IMG/VR virus record: IMGVR_UViG_3300001472_000003
Coordinates: 85,501-149,500 of that record
Origin: a virus
DNA: 64,000 bases
Strand: one strand, 5' to 3'
Below, piece by piece: positions 39,200-50,200 of this stretch; position 1 is the first letter of the stretch, and every line of letters begins with the position of its first letter. The notes beneath the pieces were generated by a model, which saw only the letters and a program-made list of their open reading frames with translations, was not told where the DNA came from and made no database searches. The translations under genes were made by a program, and so were the position numbers.

Positions 39200-39914
39200 C
39201 TATCCACTCTTTCTTTAAAGTATGATGCATTATAACTATATCAGATTTAACTTCAGATTTTTTATATGTATTAACATAATTCCATCTTGCATCGTCTTCC
39301 ATTATATCTATTTTCATTTTATGATTTTTTATATTTAAAAGGAACCACCATGCGAATTGGTCCCATTGTTTAACACTATTTAAATATTCAGGATATTTAA
39401 TAGTAAATTCTTTAGATGATTGATACTTAAATTGTTTATACCAAATATCTAAAAATTTTAAAATATGGGGCCTTTTCCAATACCCGAATATACCACAATG
39501 ATGAATCATTTTTGCATTGTCATTTTTTTCTTTTGTTAAAAATACTTCTGCTGCAGCATATTTACGAATTGAGGTAGTACATATATCTGCTTCATCCGAT
39601 AATTGATCAAAGATTAAGGATATATCTTCATGCATAATTTCCGTATCTGCATCTATATAAAATGTTTTATCATATGGAGTCTTAGATAACATGTACAGTT
39701 TAGTACGAATATTATATGGACAATCAGTTATAATAGAATCAAATACACCAGAGTTATTGGCTATTGTCCTCCATCGTTCCTCAGTATATAAAGTAATATT
39801 TGCTTCAGGGTAATAATCTTTTAAAGATTCTGCAGAATATATTGCACTATGAAGATATGGTATTTTGCACGTAGCAGCATACATAAACCCATTTTTATTT
39901 TTTATTTCGTTCAT
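39180..39914 (-). CDS. GT-A fold (GT8-like) glycosyltransferase
   Basis: A..SA.SLK, KL......PYDKTFYIDAD (DxD), WDQ, RWN and I.HH motifs. Confidence 0.8.
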   Translation of the reverse strand: MNEIKNKNGFMYAATCKIPYLHSAIYSAESLKDYYPEANITLYTEERWRTIANNSGVFDSIITDCPYNIRTKLYMLSKTPYDKTFYIDADTEIMHEDISLIFDQLSDEADICTTSIRKYAAAEVFLTKEKNDNAKMIHHCGIFGYWKRPHILKFLDIWYKQFKYQSSKEFTIKYPEYLNSVKQWDQFAWWFLLNIKNHKMKIDIMEDDARWNYVNTYKKSEVKSDIVIMHHTLKKEWIDGQDRD

Positions 39915-40308
39915 TAATTATACCAACAATTGTGTTTACTAAAACTTCCATTTTATTTTTGGATTTTCGTATAGAACGTTTAAATTCTTTGTTGGTTGTA
40001 TTTTTTACTTCATCCATCTCAAATGCTTCAAGTTTTGCCATAAACAATTCTTCACCATCTATTCTTGCTTTATTTTCAACATCACGTTGATTTTTTCTGC
40101 TTTGCATTTCTCTAAATATGCGCAAAGATTCATCAGTATTTTTATCTATTTGTTGGATTGTATATTGTGATATAAGTGATTTATAATCACTATTTCTTTC
40201 ATCTCTAGGTATAATAATTTTTACCTTATTACCATTATCATCAACACTATTAACTTCTATTTGTTTTTTTTCTTCTGGTATTAACCATTTGGGTTCTATA
40301 TATCTCAT
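39895..40308 (-). CDS. Hypothetical helical protein (possible fibre chaperone)
   Basis: LF.AKLEAFE..EVKN...K..IRKSK motif; between the fibre gene and the GT. Confidence 0.6.
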   Translation of the reverse strand: MRYIEPKWLIPEEKKQIEVNSVDDNGNKVKIIIPRDERNSDYKSLISQYTIQQIDKNTDESLRIFREMQSRKNQRDVENKARIDGEELFMAKLEAFEMDEVKNTTNKEFKRSIRKSKNKMEVLVNTIVGIINERNKK

Positions 40309-40311
40309 AAT

Positions 40312-41715
40312 CTATGCTATCCTCAACCATAATGCAATTGTTGTAATACTGTTTTTAGAACTTGATACAGTATCACTTGTGAAATTACCTGTATAATTAC
40401 CACTATATTCTGCTGTAAAATCCCTAGAATATGACCCAGTAAACATACGTGTATACTCTCTATTATATATGCCTGTAAAACTACCAGTATATTGCCTATT
40501 ATAAGATCCTGTATATTGCCTATTATACGATCCAGTATACTGTCTATTATATGTTCCCGCATAATAGCCAATATATGATCCTACATATGAACCTGTAAAT
40601 CCAACTGGGCCAACTCTAGTATAACTTCCAGTATAATAATTGTAATGATAGCTAGGCCTTCCATTAAAATATGAAGTACCTACATGACGGGCATATGTTC
40701 CGGTAAAATATCCAGTTATTTGTTGTGATGTATAAGTTCCAGTATAACTTCCAGAATAACTCCCCGAAAAATTTGTTGTTAATGCACCTGTATATTGTCC
40801 TGTATATTGGCCGGTATATTGGCCACTATAACTTGCTGTAAAATCTCTATTATATACTCCTGTATATTGTCCAGTAAAGCTTCCTTGATATTGACCAGTA
40901 AATAATCCAGTATATTGTCTATTATATGTTCCTGTAAATGATCCTATGTATGTATTTGCCGCAACTTGTTGCCTTGTATCAATAAATGTATCACCTACTT
41001 GAACCCATGTTCCAGTTGTTGGTGGTATTGTGGCTAACGAATATCTACCCACTTCTGTAGATGCAATTCTATTTCTATATCTATCTGTTAATGTTTCTAT
41101 TTCAACATCAGTCATTTCTTGCATTGTGCCATCTATACCAAGCTTTAATGGTCTTATTACTGTTGGTAAAGAATCATTTGTTTTTTTCCAAAGATAAGAT
41201 GTGTTAGAAGAACTACCCCCACTACCTCCAAATGTATCTGTTAATGATGCAACTGATACCCAAGTGCCTGAAAATATTGTAGCGGGAGTTGCTGTAGAAA
41301 GATAATATTGACTTATAGATGGTGTTGATGTATTAGCTAAATTAGATGAAATATAATTCATAATATTGTTATCTAAATTATTACTAGACATTGGTCTAGG
41401 TTTTTTATTATCTAATTCTAAAGGACTAACAGTTGTTTCTGATACTGAGACAAGATTCTGTGATAAAGTTGTAGTAGTTGTAGTTATTTGACCATTTGCT
41501 GGATGTGTGCCAATAGACTCCACTCTTGCAGTATCTGAAAAATAACCTATTGTAGTACCAACACCTGCTATATTTAATGCACCTGTACTATTATCAGACT
41601 CTAATGATACTTTTCTTAATACTAAGTGTGTGATATAATCCATATCTGTATTAGACATTTCTTGAATATCAACTGAAGTATTTCCAGTTCGTATTAATTT
41701 TAAAGGGTTGCCCAT
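40312..41715 (-). CDS. Structural protein with three PLK..QEM base repeats and a (Y/F)xGx tetrapeptide needle
   Basis: About 190 aa of near-strict 4-residue aromatic periodicity inserted in the third base repeat. Confidence 0.75.
   Translation of the reverse strand: MGNPLKLIRTGNTSVDIQEMSNTDMDYITHLVLRKVSLESDNSTGALNIAGVGTTIGYFSDTARVESIGTHPANGQITTTTTTLSQNLVSVSETTVSPLELDNKKPRPMSSNNLDNNIMNYISSNLANTSTPSISQYYLSTATPATIFSGTWVSVASLTDTFGGSGGSSSNTSYLWKKTNDSLPTVIRPLKLGIDGTMQEMTDVEIETLTDRYRNRIASTEVGRYSLATIPPTTGTWVQVGDTFIDTRQQVAANTYIGSFTGTYNRQYTGLFTGQYQGSFTGQYTGVYNRDFTASYSGQYTGQYTGQYTGALTTNFSGSYSGSYTGTYTSQQITGYFTGTYARHVGTSYFNGRPSYHYNYYTGSYTRVGPVGFTGSYVGSYIGYYAGTYNRQYTGSYNRQYTGSYNRQYTGSFTGIYNREYTRMFTGSYSRDFTAEYSGNYTGNFTSDTVSSSKNSITTIALWLRIA
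40484..40555. repeat. Three imperfect 24-bp tandem repeats (YNRQYTGS); related 12-bp repeats at ~40787-40823
   Basis: ccagtatattgcctattataagat / cctgtatattgcctattatacgat / ccagtatactgtctattatatgtt. Confidence 0.85.
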
Positions 41716-41727
41716 TATATATTTTCC

Positions 41728-44082
41728 TTATTGTGGCCAAGCCACATCGCCATTTGCATATAAAATTTCTAATTTAGCACCAGTACTATCAACAATACGC
41801 GCTGCAGTGCTTAAAACAATATTAGCATTAAAATTGGTTACCGCATCAAATGTGTCAATAGTCTCTTTTAATGTAGTTCCACTTGATAATCCTATTTCTA
41901 ATGTATTATTACTATTTTTCCAATCAAGAGAAGCAACACCAGCTACAGAAACATCAGATACACTTGTTATTCTGCCTTTATTATCTACTGTAAATTGAGG
42001 CACAGCAGATGCACTACCATATGTTCCTGCAACAACTCCCGAAGTAGCTAACCTTGCTGCAACTAAAGTACCAGAAGATATATTTGATGCATTTCTATAA
42101 TATGAACCTTCTTGACCATCTAATAAATCTGCATCTAATCCACTAGTAGCACCGTCATTATTCTCATGCCATATTTGATAAGAATGTGTAGCATTAGAAC
42201 TAATTACTAATCCACTATTACCAATACCAGTATTAGCTACTCTTATATTTATTGGCGTAGTACTATCTGCATCTGTGTCAGCAATATGGACAGTACCATT
42301 ACCAGAAATATGTAAAGTATTAGCTTGAACGTTCCATCTTTTAGTAGATGATCCTAATGATATTGCATTTGTAGTAGGAATAACATTGTTAGCAAAATAA
42401 CCTTTTGTATCTATAATATCTCCATTATTATCACCTAAAACTGTGTTTCCGGCAACAGAAAAATCACTTGTTACAGAAATTTCTTCGATAGTGGCATTGG
42501 AAGATATAATTGATTGTGCGTGCACATTTTGCCAATTTTTTGCAGATGATCCCAAATCATAAGTAACATCCTCGGTTGGTATTATATTAGTATTTACAGT
42601 GGCATTAATAGTTACTACACTATCTGTATTTGCTCCAATTTGTGTATCGTTTAGAATTGTAAAATCTTGTGCACTTGTATTAGAAATAAAATTAATATTT
42701 CCAACAACTTCCATATCTTGCTCTACTCTTAAATGGCCTTGGATTACTGTATTAGACCCACCTATTGTTACATTAGCACCAATATTAGCAGCCCCATCCA
42801 CTTCTAAAGATCCAATCGTATCAATATTGCCAGTCGTAGCTGATACTTCAAATGCATTAGCAGTACTATTAGCTGACACAGATATACCATTATTTGCATT
42901 TATTGATCCACTAGCACCAATGTTGCCACCACTAACATTAACACCATTTGCTGATATTTGTCTGGTTGTTAAATAATTAATAAAGCCATTAGCATATGCT
43001 TTAGATGAGGTGCCAATGTTATATGTATTAGTAGCACTAGGAGCTACTTGTCTAGTAGTTGTATTAGATGTAATAGTAACAACACCAGTTACTGATAAAG
43101 CAGAACTTAAAGCAACATTATTTGTTACTGTTAATTGATCAGAAATACTGACATTTCCAGAAGTATCAAGTGTACTGGACATAGTAACTGCCCCAACTAT
43201 GTTTGCCGTGTTAGAGAGCGTTAAAGCGCCAGTAACTGCTAATTTATCGCCAATACTTACATTTCCTGTTGCAGTAGTTATGCCTGTAATACTAAGATCC
43301 CCACCAACAGATAAATCATTAGATAAAGCTACATTAGAGGTTATATTAACTTCGCCTCCAGCAATTGAGACATTAGCAGATGTAATATCAACCTGTGTGG
43401 ATGATATACTTGTATTAGAATTAGTTATATCTACATTTGCAGATGTTATAGTTACATTGGAGCCTACTGCAAATTCGCCACCAGTGATTTCTGTGTTTGA
43501 TGATGTGACACTTACATTACTTGTTGTCACTAAATTGCCAGAATCAACTATTAAATCACCAGAGATAAATGTATCAGATGTTATATCTACTGTTGTGGAT
43601 ATGATATGTATATTAGCTCCAGATAAACTAACATTTGATGTTGATGTAATTTGTTTGCCCACAATATGGGTATTTGTATTATTAATTGTTATATTAGCTG
43701 TAATGGTACTATTAGCACCACCTATAACAGTATTGTCTGTTGTAGTTACTCTTTTGTTAAATAAAACAGTGTTACCTACAATAGTATTAGAATTTATATT
43801 TAATGTTGAATTAGAAGCAAAAGTAGCATTTGATCCTATAGTTAATAAACCACTTGAATCTACAGTACCACCTCTTATTATATCTTTAGCAATTAAAGTA
43901 TTGGCACTAAAAAAACCATTAACATGAGCATTGCCTGTAGTTTGACCTCCTGTACTATTTGCAAATGTTGTTATAACAACAGTGCTCATATCATATACTA
44001 TTTGATTAGTACGTTCAATCCACGATGCGAAGGTATCTGTTTGGGTAGCTACATTAGCACCTATATATTTTGACTCTGACAT
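41728..44082 (-). CDS. Tail fibre protein (beta-helical shaft)
   Basis: TDTF.SW..RTN N-terminus, YDLGS..K.W repeats, NDG..SGLDADLLDG and GTYGS..AVPQFTVD.KGRIT motifs. Confidence 0.8.
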   Translation of the reverse strand: MSESKYIGANVATQTDTFASWIERTNQIVYDMSTVVITTFANSTGGQTTGNAHVNGFFSANTLIAKDIIRGGTVDSSGLLTIGSNATFASNSTLNINSNTIVGNTVLFNKRVTTTDNTVIGGANSTITANITINNTNTHIVGKQITSTSNVSLSGANIHIISTTVDITSDTFISGDLIVDSGNLVTTSNVSVTSSNTEITGGEFAVGSNVTITSANVDITNSNTSISSTQVDITSANVSIAGGEVNITSNVALSNDLSVGGDLSITGITTATGNVSIGDKLAVTGALTLSNTANIVGAVTMSSTLDTSGNVSISDQLTVTNNVALSSALSVTGVVTITSNTTTRQVAPSATNTYNIGTSSKAYANGFINYLTTRQISANGVNVSGGNIGASGSINANNGISVSANSTANAFEVSATTGNIDTIGSLEVDGAANIGANVTIGGSNTVIQGHLRVEQDMEVVGNINFISNTSAQDFTILNDTQIGANTDSVVTINATVNTNIIPTEDVTYDLGSSAKNWQNVHAQSIISSNATIEEISVTSDFSVAGNTVLGDNNGDIIDTKGYFANNVIPTTNAISLGSSTKRWNVQANTLHISGNGTVHIADTDADSTTPINIRVANTGIGNSGLVISSNATHSYQIWHENNDGATSGLDADLLDGQEGSYYRNASNISSGTLVAARLATSGVVAGTYGSASAVPQFTVDNKGRITSVSDVSVAGVASLDWKNSNNTLEIGLSSGTTLKETIDTFDAVTNFNANIVLSTAARIVDSTGAKLEILYANGDVAWPQ

Positions 44083-44273
44083 TATTTACCCTTAAATATT
44101 TTGTTAATTAAATCTTTTAACTCTCGCATTTCATTACCTAAACATTCTATTTTCTTCTCAAGAGAACAAACTTTTTTATTTTCTTTTCTTTTAACTTTAT
44201 ATTCTTCATATGACATTCTATTAGTATTTAGTATCGCTTTTGAATGTAAATCTTTTTCAAATTTATTTATCAT
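44082..44273 (-). CDS. Small conserved hypothetical coiled-coil protein
   Basis: D..SKAILNT...YEEYK motif; follows the large DUF4815-like gene. Confidence 0.65.
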   Translation of the reverse strand: MINKFEKDLHSKAILNTNRMSYEEYKVKRKENKKVCSLEKKIECLGNEMRELKDLINKIFKGK

Positions 44274-44285
44274 AATTATAATCCC

Positions 44286-47200
44286 TTATACAGATAGTGC
44301 TAGTGCTCTATAATCATTTACTTTAGGAATAATATTACTACTAGTAGTTGTTAATACAATTTTTATTGCAAATGATTTATATTCATCATATTTAACACCA
44401 TTATCATCAAAATAAGAAGCTACAAATTCATTTTGAGGGTCTTTAAATATAGCATGATCATGAGATAAAATTTCTAACTGTGTTCCTGCTTTAGTGAATC
44501 CAAGTTCCTGGTCAACAATAATTACTGATGTGTTAACTGAGGCAACTCTAGTTATTTGATAATCTGTATTAGAATCAGAATTAACAATTTTCAATAATGT
44601 TCCTGTTCCAACAAGATTGGCAGATCCATTAGAGAATCCAGGAGTATTACCAGATACACTTATTGTTGATACACCATTTGATGTAGATCCAACACCAACA
44701 AGAGGTGTTGTATTGGGACTATTTGGAAGATCATATTCATATTCTATAACATCAAATTCATTTGATGTTGAACTAAAAACGTCATTACCTAAATTTGTTA
44801 ATTTAGTCCATTTTTTATTATTAAATTCCTGATTATCAGCTGAATTTAATCCTTTTAAAAATACATGTACATCTGTTCCTGCAGGTCTATATGCAGATAC
44901 AAATATTTTCAAATCTTCAGCATCTAATCCTTCTTTTAAATTTACAGTTCTAGAAATATATTTACAAACAGATGACCCATTAGCATATGCTTCATTACTA
45001 ATTGTATTATTAATGTCTGATTTAAATGCCAATAAACTTGTTGATTGGGTATCTAATGCAGGAGATAGTGTAATTTTACCAGTTGATAAATTCATCGTAG
45101 TTGTTAATGTTTTATTGCCTGAATTGTCAACAATTTCATTACTTTTACTATATACTGCTGGTTCAAACGATAATATTCTGTTATTATCATTAAATTTCAT
45201 ATCTACTATTGTTGTGTTAGATACACTGTCTGCAGCTGTTAATGTAGATGTACCATTATTTGTAATATTACCAGCAAATGATAATCTATACATTAAAGGT
45301 TGGAAATAACTTACAATTTGATTATCAACCGTTGTTATAACTGCATTAGCATTTGAATCAGCTGCGATTAATGTATCACTATTTGCAAATAAATATGTTG
45401 AATTTGATGCATTACTATTAGTTAAATGTAAAACACCATCATTATTGTTGTAGTAACTTACGCTACCTGAAGGTGTTATTTGGTAATTAGCTATAGTATT
45501 AGAAAATAATGGTTGCCCCTTTATTGAAAGTTGTGTATTATTCGCTATACTGTTTACAGATAATACTTGAGATCTAATAGACCCATTAGAATCCGCACCG
45601 ACAACCACAATTCTATCACCAACACTAAAATCCGTTGTGAATGTAGTACTTGTTCCAACTAAATTACTACTTGTTGCGGACATACTTATCGTTTGTGCAC
45701 TAACATTAGCTCCAGATTTATATACTAATTCACCATTAAAAAATGATCCACTTATATCTTGGATCTTTAAAAATTCTATATCAGGGTTATTGAATATTGC
45801 TGTTCCAGATGTAGAAGAAAAATCACATCTATATATGTTTACTTTTAAATTTTCATCTTGTGTAGCTGTCCATGTTCTATTATTTGTTGAAAGAAATAAA
45901 ACACCATCAAAGCTATCTTGTGTTATATTATCTGATCCTGTTGTTAAATCAGATTGTCCAATTTTTGACACCCATAATTTATAACTTGGGTTATTGCCAT
46001 CTGGTTTTATGATTACAGCATATTCATTACCTTGCCTCATAAACAATGGAGAGTCAAATGTTACAGTAGTGGATATAGATCCATTATTACTTGTGCTAAC
46101 TTCAGCTGAAGTTAAATGTTTTATTCCAAAAGGTAATATTTCTTGAGCAGGTGTTCCATTAAATACTGTTCTCATTTCTATAGTAACACCTTCAACTGCA
46201 TCTTTTTCTGCAAAAAATAAATCTATTTTAGGTACAAAGATACCTTCTTCATCTTGTGAAATACTAGGTCCAATATAAAATGTTTGAGCTAGTGGGTCAT
46301 CTACACCGGCACCTGGATCACCTCCATTACCTACACCACCAGTTTCTCCACCTCCTCCACCATCGTCACCACCATCATCTTGTTGCTGTTGCCATGTCAC
46401 CTGTCTACTTCTACGGGATTCTACTGATCTTGATGTCTCAATTGTTGTGTTTGACCATCCTATTCTATTAAAAGTTGGTTGTCTTGTACTAATAGACGAA
46501 CTACCTTTTTCGATAGAAAAGTTATATGCATTATATGCGGTTAAGCTTATTGATGTTGCATCTTTCAATGAGGTAGAAAATACTTCATCAGCTACTGTTA
46601 ATATTCTCTCACCTACAAAGAATGTTTGTGATGGAATTCTGAAGCTACCTGCAACAACACCAGCACCATCTGCGGTTATTGTTCCTCCAAATTCACCTAT
46701 TTCTTCTATATCATTTTCTGTTATATCTGCACCAGTTCCTGTAATTATAGCAGCTCTGCAATGTTGATCTACAGCTGTGTCATCAAAATATATGTAGTGT
46801 CTAGTATTAGGTCTTAAACCGTGTACTACAAATTTTACAATTCTTGATCTCATATATGGTTGCATAGCCATATCAGTCATATATTCGCCAACTTCTACTG
46901 TTGATATATTACTATCTGATATATTCAGAAGTTGTCTTGTTTCTCTAATTGTTCTATCTCTTATAACTTCAAATGTATTTGTGGTCTCAGTTCCGCCACT
47001 ATTGCCATTATTCCAACCGGTAGTTGTTGAATTCAATAAAACATCTCGTGAAACATCATTTATAATATCAAATCTTCTTTGGTTTATTACGTCTATTTTA
47101 TTTAATTCTCCAATTAAACTTTCAAATCCAGATGTCATATCAATTACTACATTATTAACTTTTTCTGGGTTTATAGTAGTATCATAGAAATTATCATAGT

Positions 47201-50200
47201 TTGGAAATAATGTCATTGTGCCATTATATCGATGAAATAACTCAGTAGCATTTCTGGATTTTGTAGCATATGGATTAGATAATACTAAATTAGCAGAATA
47301 ATCATTTGTTATAAGATCACCTGTCTTTGTAACATTTGAACTCAATGAACTATTAAATGATAAATCTAAATTTACTTGTTCAACTTTTGGAATTAATTGA
47401 GCTGCAGCTTTATCAACACCTGCTTTATATTCTAAGCTATTAATATTACCAATACTTAAATCTTTAAATGCATCTACCAATATACCATTTTTAAATCTAT
47501 CTAATCCATTAGAACCCTTTATTATTAAATCGGTGGTTTGTTTTTCTAATAAATTTAAAGAAGTATAATATTCAAGTCTTGATAATCTTTCTTCCATATC
47601 ACCAATATCAGACATTGTATATCTTCTAATTTGCCTTACACTTGTTTTAATACCATATGATGGTCGTTTACTTGTAATAGCATCTGTTATACTTAATGAT
47701 GGATATACTGGCACAGATACTGTAGCTATTATCATACCTGTATCTGGTTTTGTTGGAGGAACAGGAGATTCTGATGCTAATCCTTTAATAACACCTATTT
47801 GTCCAGTAGATTCAATATGCAGCATATCAATCCTAGAAAGATAATGTTTAAAATCAGCTACAAATTCTCTTCCAGGAGCTACAAATTTGTCATTGCTAAA
47901 TGATATTGTATTTGATGGATTTACTGTCGCTGATACAATTGTATTCGCATATACTCCAGTATTAGCTGTCATAGGTCTAAAATCTATTGAGTCCCTTAAA
48001 TCATATTGTTTGCCTGATGTAGGAGAATTAAATAAAGGAATGTCTTCAGTCCTAAATTGGGTATTATCAATACTACCTGAATCTGTCGGAGCATATGAAT
48101 CTATTGAAAAAAATCCGGAGCCTCCACCAGTACTATCTTTTTGAAATGCATTAAAGTGAACCAATAACTTATCTGAAGCAGATATTGTTAAAGATGAACT
48201 TGATTTTTGTTCTAATGTAGATATACCATAATATGCATCTTTTTGACCTGGATTTATAGCAAAATGAGAAGTTACATCTGTTTCCGTATTTGCATATGTA
48301 GAACCTTTATATACGGCTATTAATTGTAAAGCATCTGGCACACCCAGAGACCATGGACCAGATGTGCTATTTACATTATTAGAAGTATCAATTTTTGTAA
48401 ACACTTCTCTTAAATTTTTATTTACTTGAACAGCACTGTCTATTTTGACAGGATATATTACCGCAGCATTAATAGTTGATGATAATGACTCATCTAAATT
48501 AATTGTCATTTTTTGTTGGCTTTGTGATATTACAACATTTGCAGATCTACTAGACAATGGTATTGCGGTATCTTTTGGAAAATTTCTATAATGTGCAGCA
48601 TTATTAAGAGTAGAACCAAATGCAGATTCGAGAACTATATGAGTCGTGTTTGTTATAGCAGCAATTCTAGAAGATGATGATTCTCCTGATATTGATATAT
48701 AGTCACCTACATTATATTCTGATACAAAATTAGTTCCATTACCTTCGATTGTAGTATTGGAATGTGAGGTTGCTGTGCCAGTTCGCGCTACAGTATTAGC
48801 TCCTGTCAATGATGTAACAACAATTTGGCGTTCTTGTACACTGTTAAGTGTTGAATCATCTGTAAACGGAAATTTGCTATTTCCAGATAATACTATTTCT
48901 AAAGAACCGTTACTTGCAAATGTTATAGCATCATTCATATCTCTGTGTATAAATGTTGTATTATTAATACCTTGAGAATTGCGTATAGTTGATACTCCGG
49001 TAGATCCTAGCGGATGTACACTAACTGCTAAACCACTATCTTTTAATACAGCTTTATTTGATTCCAGTAATATATCAGCTACAAAATCATAGGTAGAGGT
49101 AAAATGGATTGATCTAACACTACTAAATTGTTTTCCTGCAGTCATTGATATATCAAACAAATATACTCTATATGTTGCTGTGGGAGTGCCAGGAACACCT
49201 TCATGATTCTCTACTGCTCTAACTCTAGCAGTCCCTATTGAATTAGGCAACGATGATGGTGCTTCTGCATATTCACTAGTTATACCTTGATAAGCCGCTG
49301 AATGTAATGTTATTTGACTTCCTGATGTATAATTTAACGAACCAAGCAATTCATTTACTATTATATAATTGCCAAAATTTGGAGTTATTGTTTGATTTAA
49401 TTTATCTACTTGAGTTGTAGCTTTTTCTACAGGAATTCTTGTTGCGTCATGTAATTGAACTCTATATCCATCAACATATGCCAGACCTGCACCAACAACC
49501 ATACTTGTATGTGTTGTATTACTGACAATATTCTCTGATCTTATAGCAAAAGGTTTAACAACATAATCACCACTTTCATCATTAGTTCTTGATGCCAACT
49601 CTTGACCTAATCTATTATATTGTGTAGTTTGATTTCTAGTTATGGTTTGTCCACTTTCAAAATCAACAAGAGAAAAGAAGTTATTAGCAGTAGTTTTTTG
49701 TGCTTTAGTTTTAACAACTAATTTAGGTTCTAATTTTAATCTAAATGCGCCTGGAGCATTTTCATTATTAAATCCTTGGGCATTATCAAGTAATGATGTA
49801 TCAATAGAATTATTAACTACACTTTCTACTACCTCAAAGCCAACTGATAATTCATGAGCATTGGCAGTATATTTAGATACAATTATATCTTGTGGTGCGA
49901 CGGATACAAAATGCCCTTTTTGGAATATTATACCATCATTAATTTTAAACATATATGAGTTACCGATTGCACTATGAGTAGAATTAGCTACAGTAACATT
50001 AGCTATAGGATCATTATTAGCATACAAAACCTGAAGTACTTCATTATTAGCAAATTTCTTTTCGCCACCAGTTCCAGTATTTCGATATTTTATATAAAGA
50101 GTATTTAAATCAGGTGTTTGTGACTCAAAACCAGATGATTCATTTATAATAGTCGCGGTTAAATTAGATGCTGCAGATACTAACACCTGGTTAGCATAGT

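Noticed and set aside
40484-40555. Possible CRISPR-like array
   Set aside because: Contiguous coding tandem repeats without spacers.
43199-43927. Long plus-strand ORFs (242 aa here; also 14654-15223, 36498-36965, 58259-58654, 9216-9602 and others)
   Set aside because: Antisense shadows of well-supported minus-strand genes rich in T/S/N/G codons; no SD, promoter or motif.
46291-46394. Hint/intein domain after the poly-Gly tract
   Set aside because: No CF/CL start or HN end; the sequence resumes directly with DPLAQTF.
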